Origin: Botryllus schlosseri
Lineage: Eukaryota
Assembly: GCA_051294905.1 (NCBI GenBank)
Contig: CM119379.1
Span: 3,658,001 to 3,722,000 of the forward strand
Direction of reading: 5' to 3'
DNA: 64,000 nucleotides
Shown: one piece after another, positions 47,571-62,168 of the stretch
Position numbering within the stretch: the stretch's first letter is position 1
Layout of the letters: every line of letters starts with the position of its first letter
The notes under the pieces: model-generated
Database searches by the model: none
The model's input: the letters and a program-made list of their open reading frames with translations, nothing else
Told to the model about the DNA's origin: nothing
Position numbers and translations under genes: made by a program

Positions 47571-49416
47571 TCGGGGGGCGCGAGAAATTTTTGTCAATTT
47601 TGTCAATGTCTGTATAAATTGTGACTAAACATATGTTTCACAACCATTCTGAAGATACGATTATTGAAGATTAAACTTAATTCGTATTCTAGAAAGCTTG
47701 ACAAACTCAAACTCCTGCAGTCGCGCTCAACGGAGTATAGGCTGACTTCAACTTCATTTGACCAAATTTTTGATATTCTTTGAAGATTTAGAGAAATTCC
47801 TACGTGCAGGTCATTCATTACTTTACAGCTTTGGCAGTAGCCTAAATATCTGTGCGCTAGGTAGCTGTTGTTGATAGCTGGCGAACTGCACTGCCTAAGA
47901 CGACTTAGATGCAATATAGGTTGCCCGGTTTTGTCCTCAATTTGGCTATAAATCAACACAATCTAATACATTTCCAAAACTGATCAAATTTAGCATGGCA
48001 GGACAGAACGATACCGTGCTCTCTGTATAGTCACTTCCAGCATCAGGATTAGTCTCAATGCCACCTACCTTGAAATTAATTGATGCTCTTTTCAATGTTT
48101 TTTTTTGTTATTTTCAAACAAGTTTGGGGAAGTTTGTCAGCAATGTAAAAGACTAAACAACTGTAATGCGAATTTAAAATTAGCGTAATATATACCTTAT
48201 GTATACTATTATATCATTAGTGGGCAGCCCATGCGGCCGCATGCGGCCGTAGAAGGGAATTTGCGCGGCCGTCGACGCCTAATTCAATTAGTATGTGTTG
48301 GCAGCCGTAGACATGCAAATTGCAATTATGAATTCACTCCCGAATTTCCGAGAGATTTTATTTAATCTTGAAATTTTCTTCGCGCTCCGCGCAATTCAAC
48401 AAGACTTCATTTTTCGATTTTAATGCAGTAGCGCCCTACTTAATTGGAGCAGGAATGGGAATCCTCCAGAAATGACAATTCATTCGCGGCTCTGAAAAAT
48501 TTTCGCGCTCCGCGCGACAATATGCACTTCCAGCAACTATTCATAACATTACCACTCGCGATTTCGGTGCGTACAATAGGCCGTTGTGAAAAGTAGAATA
48601 GTCCGGAGCTCAGCGGGAATAGATATGCACAGTTTATCATAGGCATTTTGCGTCCAGGTCGTTCATTGCGGCTATATGCCCTGGAATGCGGCCTTAGGCT
48701 ACATAAGTAATCGAAATGCGGCCATGATTAGCAGGAAGGTTGCCCACCTCTGCATTAGATGATGTGCTCTTTTTGACATGACGATAAATGTAAGGGGGGT
48801 CAGGGGGTGCGATTTTTTTGACCATCGCCAAGGGGGCGCCAGTCAAAAAAGGTTGAGAACCGCTGTTCGAAACCGAGCCCAGCGATATACAGCAGGCCTG
48901 CAATATAGTCAAGTGAAAATATTATTGACCTATGAGCATCGAAAAAGTTTCGCGATTGGCGTGGCTAGTAGCCCGCGCAATAGTTCGTCAATCAAATGTC
49001 GCCCTTTAGCTGAAAAGGTTGGCCACCCCTGCCCCTGGCTTAGGTTTTGGTCCCTTTTTCCACAACACTCAGTGCGTGCATTTTTGCTCGTGTATTTTGC
49101 CTTCTCGGCAATGTGTCAATGCCAGCGACTTGTTCCAAATAGCAACTATAGGGAGAAACCACAAGTTCGATGTCGGGTGGTCAATGTCGCCTACGACGAA
49201 CAATATTGAACAAAACATACTCGACATTTGCTGTATTGAGGGAGTATATAATGGAAGTATTTCTTACAAAAAATGTAATAATTTGTTAGAAATATACTGG
49301 ATAATATAGGCATTTTGGCACTCTCTAATATAAACACTCAGAATTGCTTCGCGGACCGGATATGATCGTCTGGCGGGCCGGATGTTTGACAACCCTATCC
49401 AACACCAAGGTAGGAA

Positions 49417-49497
49417 TTCTGGAGAGACCTCAGTCGGACTCGAATCCACAATCCATTGGTGTTATAGCTGTGGATTATACCACTATGCTATCTCGCC
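49417..49497 (-). mobile_element. Degenerate tRNA-like SINE head
   Basis: GCGAGATAGCATAGTGG...GATTCGAGTCC; shares its 5' end with 47570. Confidence 0.45.
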
Positions 49498-49699
49498 ACT
49501 AATGCGTTTTAGCTAGTTAGTTGCGGATTTTTAAAGGTGTCTGCTGTCTAGTTTTAGTCGCGCATTTTAACAAACCAGCAGTTTGTCGAGTACAGGTATA
49601 TGCTCGGTTTCGGTATGAAATGAGTATGGTGGGGCAATTCGCTATAGATTTTATTTAACGCGAAGTTCATATTATTCTCTCAAGCACCAGCGCGAAAAT

Positions 49700-50060
49700 C
49701 CCGCTGTGATTACGGCGTAAATGTAAAGCGACCCGCATAATTTCAACGTCAATACTGCAACCGACAACGTTATGACGCGAGTATTCGATACGCAACGTAC
49801 GTGCTATCGATCGCAAAACCCCGACATCAACAACGGCACGAGAGAGAGGCGGCAACTGCCGCTCCCTTGCAACCTTTCCGAGCTAACTTGCCTTTTTCGT
49901 ACGCGTCTCGTGACGGTTTCTCTATTCGCAACATACGACGTGACTTTGATGGCGAAACCGACTGAGTGTGTGCAGCTATTCGTGAAATATTCGTCGGGTT
50001 TGCGTTGGTGCTTTGTCGTTGTGGCAGGTTGGGTTTGTAAATACGGTATCGTTAAGTTAG
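49700..50060. promoter_or_regulatory. CpG-rich island; candidate promoter or 5'UTR exon of the downstream gene
   Basis: Abrupt CpG-rich non-repeat block immediately before a long CpG-poor domain. Function is inferred. Confidence 0.35.
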
Positions 50061-50835
50061 CGAGTTACTTAGTAACCTGTGAAGGTCTAGCTCTTGAATT
50101 ATGTCTGATACGGCCGGTATCTTTAATACTAGCTTTGAAGGTATGGTAGAGTAACAGGTCAGGCAAAGGCGTCCTTGGTCGAATAGGATTTTATGATTAT
50201 TGTGTTTGATTGCGCACATCAGATCTTGATAATGGCGTGTCAAATGATAATCTCAGTATCTTATTTTCATCCGTCGAAGTAGCCCGCTGTACAGTTGTTA
50301 AATAGTTTGTTGGATGAAGTGTTTTCCTATCTTGGTTTGGCTCCTGTTACTGTAACAATAATGTTTTGCATCATGTAGCTGATTACGTTTGAGACAGGCT
50401 GCAGTCACTTGAAGTTTTGTATCCTAAATCGTGTAGCCTAATATTCAGTTGTTGGTTGGTTTGTAGGCTGATGTTTTAGTCTATTTTGGTTTGCCTGCTG
50501 TTTGTCCTGTTACTAATACTGTATGCTGTAAGATGACTGTTTGTATCTTGTAACTGATCATGTTCGAAACATGCAGTTAGCCCTTGAAATTGTGCAACAA
50601 CTTTTTGATTACCGTATAACATAGAATCCAATCACTGCTTGCTAATTGTTTTTGTGCTTATGCTGCTGTCAATAGACCTACGAACTCCTTCATCCCTCTT
50701 GCTTGAACTGTTTCCAACTGAAGAAAATCCTCTTGTGAAATTGACTTGATGTGGTGCTTTGTTTTTGAAGTGTCTGATTTCATGGCTGTGTCTGTGTTGG
50801 TTCAACTGTCAGGTAGGTAGGCTAATACTTTTCAA

Positions 50836-52650
50836 GACAGACAGACAGACAGACAGACATTTATTGCTTCGTCAAACAAAAAAAGTTGACTGGAGGTGAC
50901 GATATGGCCTATAAAGGCCTTATTACTCGTCACCTCCATGGCAGTGAAATAATCAAGTGCACTCATCCCAATAAATATAACAGTGGACAGTCTGCAACAT
51001 GAAAGAGAATAATAATCACAAATAGAAGACAATAATACACACAAATATATAACAAAGACAGTAGCCATGGCAACATACTAGGTAAAGCAATATGTAGTCA
51101 CTAAATAGATGTATAATTTATAAATCAACGGGTACTAGATAGTAGATACTCTCATTTCTGATTATAATTTGAAAAAAGGTAATCCTGGTATTGGGTTTTA
51201 AATTCCTGCTGAGGTAGCTCTTTGATACTGTCGGGCACGTCATTCCAAATATTTGGGCCCATATATTCAATGGACTGTTGGGTCAGTCTGGAGTTCATAC
51301 GGTGAACATAAAGATGACCAGATTCCGATGATCTAGTAGAATACCCATGCACAGTGGAAGATTGCTCAAACAAGCTATTAAAGTAAGGGGAGATATTACC
51401 GTTTGCGAATTTATGCATCAGGTTGGCTATTTCATAATTATACAAATCGGGTAGCTTAAGTATCCTGAGAGCTAAATAACCGGGACTAGCAGATGACCTA
51501 GAATCTATGCCACATATATTTCTTATGGCTCGATTTTGGATGACACAGATTCTGTTTAAATCCGTCTGATTGGCCTTCCCCCATACACATAATCCATAAA
51601 GCAGATGAGGGTGAAATAATGAGAAATAAATGGTTCTCAAGGTCTGTCTAGGGAGAGAATGTCTCAGTCTCGCTAGAATTCCGGCCGTAGCAGATAGCTT
51701 TTTACATAGATTGAAAATGTGGGTCTTCCATTTAAGATTGGAGTCAATGATAATTCCCAGATATCTTGTATGGGTTGAGGGTGCAATAATGACATCAGAT
51801 ACCCTTAGTGAAAAAGTTGAGGTAGCTTTACAATTGAAGACCAGTACCTGAGTCTTAATTGGATTAATGGTTAGTCGGTTGGTTTTCATCCAAGCAGTCA
51901 TCTTACAAATCTCGGAATTAGCTTTGGTTTGTAGAGAGGTCAAGTCTGCAGCAGATATAAGTACACAAGTATCATCAGCAAATAGGACCGAGGTCTCCGA
52001 GATACATGCAGCAACATCATTGATATAAAGACTGAATAATAGGGGTCCTAAAACGGAGCCCTGTGGTACACCACACAATATGTCACCCTTTTCAGAAGGT
52101 AGGTGATCCTTACTGTAAACATATTGACATCGATTGGTAAGATAGCTTGTAATCAAATCCAAGGCTACACCTCTGATTCCACAACACGAGAGTTTACTTA
52201 TAAGTATTGCATGATTGACAGTGTCGAAAGCTTTTTTTATATCAAGAAAAACAACACATGAAATCATACCAGAGTTGTGTCTCTGATAAATTTTGGAAGT
52301 AAGGGCAAGAATTGCTTGATTAGTGTCAAGATTTTGTCGGAAGCCAAACTGGTTGTCTAGTATGACAGAGTGAGCATCGAGGAAGCTGGTAAGTCGTCGA
52401 TGCAGTAGCTTTTCAAAAATTGTTGACAAGGATGGTAGGATAGATATGGGGCGGTAGTTGTTGACATTGTTTTTATCACCTGACTTGAAAATAGTGACAA
52501 CCTTGGCAACCTTCAATGCATCTGGAAATATCCCTAATGAAATAGAACTGTTGAAAAAATGGACCAGGTGTCTAGAGACCAAAGGAAAAATCAATTTTAG
52601 TAGTTTAATAGGAATTCGATCACATCCTTCTGTGCCGACTTTAGATTAGT
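50836..52650 (-). mobile_element. 5'-truncated L2/Crack-like LINE: reverse transcriptase ORF, AATAAA and (TGTC)6 tail
   Basis: ORF 51152-52594 with NYRPISIL, QFGFR, VFLDIKKAFDTV, GVPQGSVLGP, FADD, YLG motifs. RT homology extends to about 52645. GACA x6 at 50836-50859. Confidence 0.93.
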
Positions 52651-55389
52651 TGTTGGAATTATAGGCTACTATGCTGTATCAGCGTACCCTGTCCCAATGA
52701 GTAAAGTTTAGAGCAGCTTGATCAAAAAAAGAATAGGCCTTTAACATATTTATGCCAAATTATATTGGATGCCTTTCAGTTAAGACCCACATCATTTTTG
52801 AATTCAATGACAGAATGTAGCGCTATAGTTGGGCTCAATGTTTCGAGCACTTAAATCTTAATCAAGTATAAATTCTAATGACTGACTTAAGCAGTTGAAG
52901 AGATGATTTTTTGAATACTCTGTTTATTCGCTGCTTGGCTCAACGTGCTAATTTATCAAAGAAGTTATAATTTCGGTATACTTTCCAATGTGGAAGCCTT
53001 GAAACCTTGATTGGTCGTATCGCAGCTTACGAAACGCATAATGTAAAGCTATGCACATTAGTGGACATGAATTGCCCGTGAAGTTTTGATCAACCCACAG
53101 AATTGTCTCAAAGTCTAATGAAATAGGTATGGTAAAAAAAACTGAAACAAATCTTTGATGTGATGTTAAACTGACATTATATGATCTAAGCATAGGACGA
53201 GAAACTTTTAATTCTGCACTGAACGTAAAGCCAATTCTGCACGTCATTTTATGACTTTCACACTTGGGAAATGACTTTCATTGATACTGCCATGCATTGA
53301 TAATGCTGATGAATGCATAATTCAACACTATCAACGGTCTGGCGTTTCTAAATGAGCTGGTAGTGAAGCTCACCATTTGCTGTATGTATTGATCGCCCAC
53401 ATGGATGCCAAATGTTCTTTCATTGGGATCTGCTGATTAGTAGGGATGGCTGAAGTAATCCACATACTGGTGTATTGATTGCCATCTGTTACATCTGTGT
53501 GGTGTGGAAAATGAATTTTATTTTGAACTGTGCCGGTGATTATTTAGTAATACCATATGTGATTCATGCTGACATAAACGTAGGGTAGACTGTGTGCCAT
53601 AAGGTCATGTGTTTGCTGGACTTACCCCCAGTAGAGTTTCGACATGCAATTCTTCTTCCAAGCCTTTTAGGATGCAAATATTAGGCTACATGTGGACATT
53701 TATTTATTTATCTTGTATCCGACCCTGTAGACTCTGAACTGTGACAGCGTGACAGTATATTACATCCAACACCGTTTTCTGGTCCGTTGATTTTCGTCTT
53801 GCCCACAAAAGTGTTTTTATTATGTGTTACTCTCATGCTAATTGAATTTTGCAAGTATAGGCTACCTTACCTACGATGGTTTGTACCATTCAAAAGTATG
53901 TTACGGATACTAATCTGTCTTTGAATTACTGCGGTAGTACTCACTGAAACGCACTGTTCTGAGAATTGAGATATGCAGACTCGTTTGGCTTATCAACCGC
54001 ACAACAGCTTGGGGCTATGTATAGACGATCTATATCTGGTAGGTGATACAGCACTCTTCCGCTGTACTTTAATATTGTAGAGTTCAGTGCCAATTCCAAC
54101 ATAGGCTACTCACTTTATGCTGTTGGATATATGCAACTTTTGACAACTACTTTTTGATAGTGTTGATATTTTGAAATGGTTGCGGATTTAGTACTGGTAT
54201 CCGCCATATGCTTAATTCAAACATTTTCCAATCAATCGCTGTTTTATTTGACCTGAAAGCTTACATTTACCATAATCCTGTCTGTCAATATTTAAAATTA
54301 GACCACATGCTGCCCCTTCATGCATTCCTTTAAAATTTTCCGCTGGGTGCACTTACTAGATCGCTATTATCTATTGGAAGCCAGTGTTGATCATGGTAAC
54401 CCAAATCCATTTTGAAATTCTCGAACATTTTTCATGGAAGTGTTCAGGTAGAAATTCATGATAGAATATTTCAATCTTTGTTGTGTAAAACGTATCTTTG
54501 ATTGAAAGTTATTGATATCATTAATCATCACTTTGTCGTCAAAAATGGGAAAGTTGTCTAATGTCAATCGGGGTACACATTTTACTCATTTCTTGTGTCC
54601 TCATCTTTCCGATAGAGCGGGCTCGTCTATTGTCAACTGTTTCCGACCTTTTGTTGTGTGTAAATATGTAAATGCACTTTGAGTTGTAGTCAGGTGCACT
54701 GGTGCAGTTCTTGATTATGTTGAGTTGCGAATTCGATAGGAGTGTTCCATGACACTTTATGTTTCATCTTGTGATCTCGCAAGGTCTCCAAAATGACGAA
54801 TGTCTTGTATTGTAGTCATTTTCATTTTTGCTTTGACCATTGGTTTTCGACTGTCAATTTTCCTATCGGTTCACCTTACAGCCTATATTGTAATTTGGTC
54901 TCTCAATTGCAAAATGTAAGGAATTGGAAGATTTTTCCATTATGAAACATCAAATTTTGATTTAATTTAGAAGTTTGAAACATAATTTTTTACATGATGT
55001 CATAATATAGAGTTCCTGGTCTACTTTGACTTGGTTTATATCACAATGCGTAAATATTGTATCTGTACCAACCTGTTCTAAAAGTAGCCTACGACGCTTT
55101 CAGGACCAACTATTTGTGAAATCTTGCAAGACTTTTTAAAACATTTCGATAGCACAATTTAGAGACATTTGACAGTATAATAGAGGTTAGCAAGTTGCAG
55201 TTTTCTCAATAGATTGAAATTTGTGTACATGTTTTTGAGCTGAATATATTTGTTGCAATTATATTTCAAGACTTAAGATTGATTTTTGAAAATGGACCGG
55301 TCTACAATTTTTTAAAAACTTTTGCCAGTCCAGCTATAAACGGTTGAGAACTACTGGTTAAGACCATTTCCTTAAGATTAGCCGTTTTT

Positions 55390-55680
55390 TTTACTATTTC
55401 TAACTGGGAGATGGTAAAAGACAACAATGCGAGACTTTATAATTATTAACTTTGCATACGATACCATTCAATGTTCATTGATGATAAATACTGGTGTTGT
55501 GTACTCGCAGGACTGTAAATCTTGACCGTTTATTTATACTATTTCTAACTGGGAGATTGTAAAACACAGCAATGTTGGGCTTCATAATTATTAACTTTGC
55601 ATACCAATACCATTCAATGTTCATTGATGATCAATGTGGATGTTGTGTGGGTCTAGTTGCGATACTGTAAATCTTGTAAC
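55390..55680 (+). repeat. ~145-bp diverged direct duplication
   Basis: TACTATTTCTAACTGGGAGAT...ATAATTATTAACTTTGCATAC...ATACCATTCAATGTTCATTGATGAT occurs twice. Confidence 0.8.
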
Positions 55681-58600
55681 TGACTTTCTACGATCCTGTT
55701 AATGATTTATCAAACTTTTATGGCTACTTTATATTTCATGGGATTGTATTTCGGAATACTCTACTGTTGATTACAGTCTGTTCATCCTATGAAAATTTCT
55801 CAATATCTGAACGGAAATTGGTCTATTTGGTCATGGCATTTCGAACTTTGAAAAGAAGCAATGTCAGCACTTGAGACTTGTTCTTGTATGTGTGATACTT
55901 TATATATTATATGTTATTCATCTTGAACCAGTAGGCCTGTGTATAATATTGTTGTTTGATTTTGGGTGTGGTGCTTGCACGCACTGCAAACTATCGGTAC
56001 AAGTCTAAGTGACATTTCGTAAAACTCCAGTAATAACCTTAAGTAGTTCCCGATTTCGTGATTGAGCAATATCATACTATGGTTAGCTGTATATTTTGGT
56101 ACTACGGTATGATGGTAGTTTTTGTAAATTAAATTTTAACTGCAAATCTTATCAAACACCACTGTACATCTCATCTTAAAGATCACCACGGTCACAGGTA
56201 GGCCTACTGCAAATCTCAGCCAGGTCCCGAGATTTGTTTGTATGATTTGACTTCAATATCAAACTACGCAGGGTTGTCCATACGTTTTTGACTAATATTT
56301 CACTTTGATTTCTATTGTACATTTATGCAACTATCCTTTCACTGGTTCAAAGCTCTATCATTGTGGCAATCGAATTACAGGACTTTGCAAACCTGTTGGA
56401 CTTCCCAATGGACAATTGTGAACTGCGTTATAGTGGATTAGTTTATGTAATTTGATCACAGCCAATCTCTCGTTCCGATAAAATCTCGGTTGTAAGAATT
56501 TAGTGAACACATCACTAGATTAATAGTCATCAATTTTGACCTAGTTTAGCTATGTTTGCAGTACAGTTCTTACTGGAATGTTTAATATGTTATGCTGTAC
56601 CAAAGTAATGGCAAATGAAAAATTTAGTGTATAGTTTCATGATATTGAGATTCTATTCCGCAGTGGCATGGCAACATTTCAACAACATGGTAAACGCTGT
56701 GCCAGCCCACAAATACATAAAGATACAAATACATTGCCATTCTGTGTAAATTTGTGAGAGACAGTAATCGTTTTGCCGTGTTTATCTTCATGATATGTCA
56801 TGTATCCAATTTTCGAGATATGGCTGCATGTTGTCATTCTGTCCACATTCTCGTGCCGGTTGGTACTTGCTTCGACTGGTCAATGAAAAACGACTCCCGA
56901 ACCACAGGGCTTGTTCATGAAATATGCATAACTCTGCAAATTGAAAAGGACTGCGACCGGGACTGTACTTTTCCGAAATTTCTAGATGGTTGGGGGAGTT
57001 TTCAATGTCATCCACTGTCATTATTTAGACATCTTCTTGAAATCATAGTCTTGTCTGAATGGTCTGACAGCTCAAGCTTGGTATGGGCAGCAATTAGTGT
57101 AGTGTTGCATCGATCGTTGTCTTATCTAGTTATCCTATCCCTCGTCACACTCATCATATCCTTGTTCCTTGACTCAACTTTTATCAGATCGAAAGTGACA
57201 TTTGGAACGTCACTTCATTTTCTTGTCATATATTCATATTAGACAAGAGCCAGGTAGTACCATGAGTTCCTAACGTCACTTGACCTCCCTATTTGGCGAT
57301 TGCACAATGCACAGTTGCACACCCCCATGGCTGTCATATATATATATATTTAAGTGTTCAACTGTCTTTTGGTGGACCACAAGCAGAGGTGTCAAACTCA
57401 ACTGCGCCGCGGCCCGGATGCAAACCTTCAGATGCCAACCTCAAAACTCATTCCATTGTTTTTAATTTGAATATTTCATTATTAAGCCTATAGACACGAT
57501 AGCAGGCCTATGTCACATCATATTACGGATCATAGGGGTTCTATTCTATCTACACTATAAACGGCTACAACGGAGGTTCTTACGATGATATGGGTAGTCA
57601 TATTTCTATGCACCCTTTGATTTAATCGTATCCTGGCGTCAGCCATACGTCTATGTTTTGATTGATACAAGGGCTGACCACATATATTTGAATTATATTT
57701 CTGTGTAACTAATATATTCTCCATGTAACCCGCATTACAAAGGTTTCGCATCGGCATTTTCGCTTCTGTGAATAACTAGTAGTTTTGGGTCCCTTTAACC
57801 ATAAAACTCGAAACTCTGTGTGCACTTTTTTGCCTTCTCGAAATTGGGTGTCAACGTAAATCACTTGTTCCTTGCGGTGACTGAAGTGAAATTGCCTTTG
57901 AATACCATTGAATACCTTCATGTCGTTCAAACCTGTCTGAATGTTGACACCACGAGATTTGCTCCAGAGGTCAACCTTTCAGTACAACCATGTTATCAGG
58001 AAAATTTGTTAGTAGTTCATTGTGACAATGTGTGTGCGACTTGTATATTCATGCGTTAGTGGTGGAGCGTCACAAGCATGGTTATTTATAGGAAAATATT
58101 GATGAATGAATCCATACTCCATAGGAATGAATCCGTGAATTATAGCAATCCTGCCCTGGTTCACTCTTTTATTATTACAAGTTGTGTTATACTTATGATA
58201 AGTTGCATGTTTTGCGATAAGATGATATTGATCCAAAATGATGGGTTATGTTGTACTTGGTGTACCGTAGGCCTACTGGAGCTTACGATAACTTAACTCG
58301 GGCCTGCCAATAATTACTCTAGCAAGTGCCGGTTATTGTTTATGTAAAGTTTTGCCTGTTTCCTGGGACGTGATTTATGATTGATAATTTTGCTCTGTAA
58401 TCCATGCGATGTAGGTTTACGATAATTTGTACCATCCAAAAGCTGTATTGGTCAATTGTCAAAATAAACATACTTCTGTAACCATTGTGTATGAGAGTAA
58501 TGAAGGGAAACCAGGGACTGTTATGGACAGTTCTTTTTGATGAATTTGTGGCAACACTTGATGAATGCTACATTTTTCTGTATGTCCATTGTCCAATTTA

Positions 58601-61600
58601 GTATTATGTCTTTCCAATGTCCCTTCGTGAGCCAACTCGCATCTCGCAACGTGACAGAATGACATAATGTACTGTGCTACTATGAAAACGATGCAAAACT
58701 GACTGCTATGAGTGCTATCGTTGGTACTTTCCATTGTAAGATGTTGAATTTTCTGTCAAATTTCGGTACATGCTTGGAAATGTAACTGTATTTAGAAGAT
58801 AAATCGGTACTCTCATCTGTTACGTGATAAATTGTTTGCATGAAAACAATATCTTGTGATGTTTTTTTCTAATGCCAAATTCCAATTTCTTTCCAATGTC
58901 TAATATATTAGTATCACACTATCACTGTATTACTGTATTAGACACATTTACAAAGTTTTGGACTTGATAGACTACTTGATTATACAGATTGTATTAATTC
59001 ATCAAAACTAAACCCCACATACTGAGTATGTTATTATAGTTACAAATTTTTAGTCGGAGCAATTGATAAAATCTCACTTGGATGGATCCCACAAAAGTCA
59101 AGCTTACCGGCCAGCTGGTGTTATTGTCACAGAGAATTTGTGACGCTAATAATCCATTTCGTGATGTGGTTGTGCAATTGGATGGAAAATTTTGAATGCA
59201 TCTATTGTGCGTACTCATATCCGTGGTTACTGGCATCTGTTCAATGATTGTTACGGACAAGATCGAAAACTTTATGATAGAACTGTACTTCCTCTGTGTC
59301 CTTCACCTGGCATCATTTGAGTAGTCATAAAGTTTCTCGCAAAATTAAATTTTCAGAAGTCAAGTTTGACAGGCACTATTGCAAGCATGTCAACAATCGT
59401 TCAGTGCACAATTTGTTTTTGATTCAATTGGTGTTATTTTGAAAATGAATTCCTGCATATTTCTGCAAGATTGTAATCACAATATTTGTAGTAGTTACTG
59501 ATAAATTGTTGGTTAGTCAAGTTCTACATTGGAATAGTACACAGTACTATACAGTTACTGCAAAACATACATGTTTTACTTGTGTAAATTATACATAAAA
59601 CTGACATCCGACCCTTCAATTTTCAAGGAATCTCTTATCTGTAACCCCTTCATAGTAATAACATAGCTGGAGGTGTGAAGGATAATAATTTTGCCTCGGG
59701 GATTGTAGGTGTTGTGTCGGGAATTGTTTCTTCAATATTGGATGCATAATTTTCACTATTTTATAGATTAGGTTTGAAAATTCATTCAGTTTCCGCACTC
59801 AAATAGCACTTCTTATAAGAACAATTGAACTGAATTGCTCTGCTCTTGTACTGGGGATTGGAATAAAAACCATATCTTAGATGTCGCTCATCTCTGTACA
59901 TCGCATAATTATTAGTTTTACTTAGCCTACTGCTACTATGTTGTAAGTAATGAATATTATTCAAGATTACCAAATTTTTTTTGTGATTCTCACACCAGCT
60001 ACTTGCATTTCTGTAATCATCTTAAAAATTGAGATATTACCGTAGCTGTAGGATTTATATATACATGATAGTTGGTTATTATAGGTACTGAATATGATTA
60101 CTGACTTGACAATGTTCAATTTATCTCTTCTACTTCCCAGATTGTAGTTTTTCTCTTCAATATAGTCGTATACTCATAATGTGAGAAGGTTGCTGTGATT
60201 TTCTGCACAATGTTGCTGTAAATTTTACTTGTTGATTCGATCTGATGTGAATATAATAACTGAAGTAGTTTGACCAAGATTCCCACGAGGATTACATTAT
60301 GTCCTAGATTGGTATGAAAGGTTTGATATTTACCAGAACTATGACCTGTTCCAGGCTCCTATAGTGTCCTTACAACATTGTTGGTTGTATAGACTGTTGT
60401 AAAATGATGTATTGGTTAGTTTGGAAAGACAATCACTTGTGTTTTTAAACCCTAGCCTATTCATTGAGGATATGATGTTGCTAGGTGGCTTTAAGCTAAC
60501 ACTGATAATCAGATTTGACATATCACAGTCAATTCAGACACATGCCAGTGGTAAAATGACAGAGAGTGTAATAAAATTAGGCTATGGAGACTATCAGAAC
60601 TTGCATCACACTAAGGCCTAGCTGTACAACAATTTGAGTGTTTATGTTATGCCCCTTGAGACTATGCACTGTTTTAAACCCTTGGATAGACCATCTCCAC
60701 AACCTATGCTACACACAAGTTCAAGGTTTTTCTGATAGGAACAGTGAATGGAGCGACCAGGGGGTGTATGGGAGGCCTGTCACCCTTTTGAAATTTGATG
60801 CCTCAAATATAGATTAATTAGCAAACTATCTGGGCGGCAGCAGGATATTTGTTCTCGGTGTGATTGTGTCTCGTCGGTTTTAATTCGGACATGCTCTCAT
60901 CTTGGAGTTGGATTACTAATGTTTTGGGAAAGTTTTTCAGTTGATTGATATTGCGTTGTGTATTTGCACAGATTATCTAGTCGATTTTTCAGTGCTTTTG
61001 AGGGACAGCAATGCGCCCTCGTTTGATGCATGGCCAGGAGAGAAATAATTTTAACTGTGCTTCTAATTGTGATGGATATATATATATTCAATTGAACTGT
61101 TGGAACACAAATTATCCTCGCCTATTTTAAGTTGAAACATTGCGTTCAAGAAATGGAAAAGGTAGTCACTCGAACTCGAACATCCTTTGCCGCAATGATG
61201 CTCTGTGACTATTCCATCATTGTTACATAACAATGTGATATTCTGATATGGTACTTCCTTCTAGTATGCTTGGAGCCTTCAACACAGCGCATATGCCGTA
61301 TCGTATGCCCAACGTTCGCCTTTGAAGTGATGGACTGACGGCTTTGCGTTGATTTACACTAATGCTTGTTGTTAACGGTGTATCGGTGTATGTAGCCTAT
61401 TGCGGAATCAGGTGCATATCCATTCTGAAGATAATAATAACCGCGCGTGTCACGTGTTACATTAAAATATAAATATATTATTTAAATGGTGTACAGTACA
61501 CTGCCTATATGCACCAGGGCAATAATATGTTTGGAAACCAGGGTTCCAACTCATCAACTGGATGCGTGTAATGGGGTTGTAATGGGTATTTATATTTCGT

Positions 61601-61757
61601 CCTTGCTCAATGCTCATCCCCTTGAATTTTTTTGTAATTATGCCTCTGGGAACAGCATATTCTTTTCAACACAAATTCATATTTTACAGTATAGTATGCT
61701 AAGCATCCAGAAATAAGCTGCTGCGGTGCATTTTTAATTGTTATGTGCTCCCGCTAA

Positions 61758-62168
<411 letters not shown>

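Noticed and set aside
56754-57242. 162-aa ORF and a purine-rich opposite strand
   Set aside because: No recognisable motif in any frame I translated, and stops interrupt the opposite strand.
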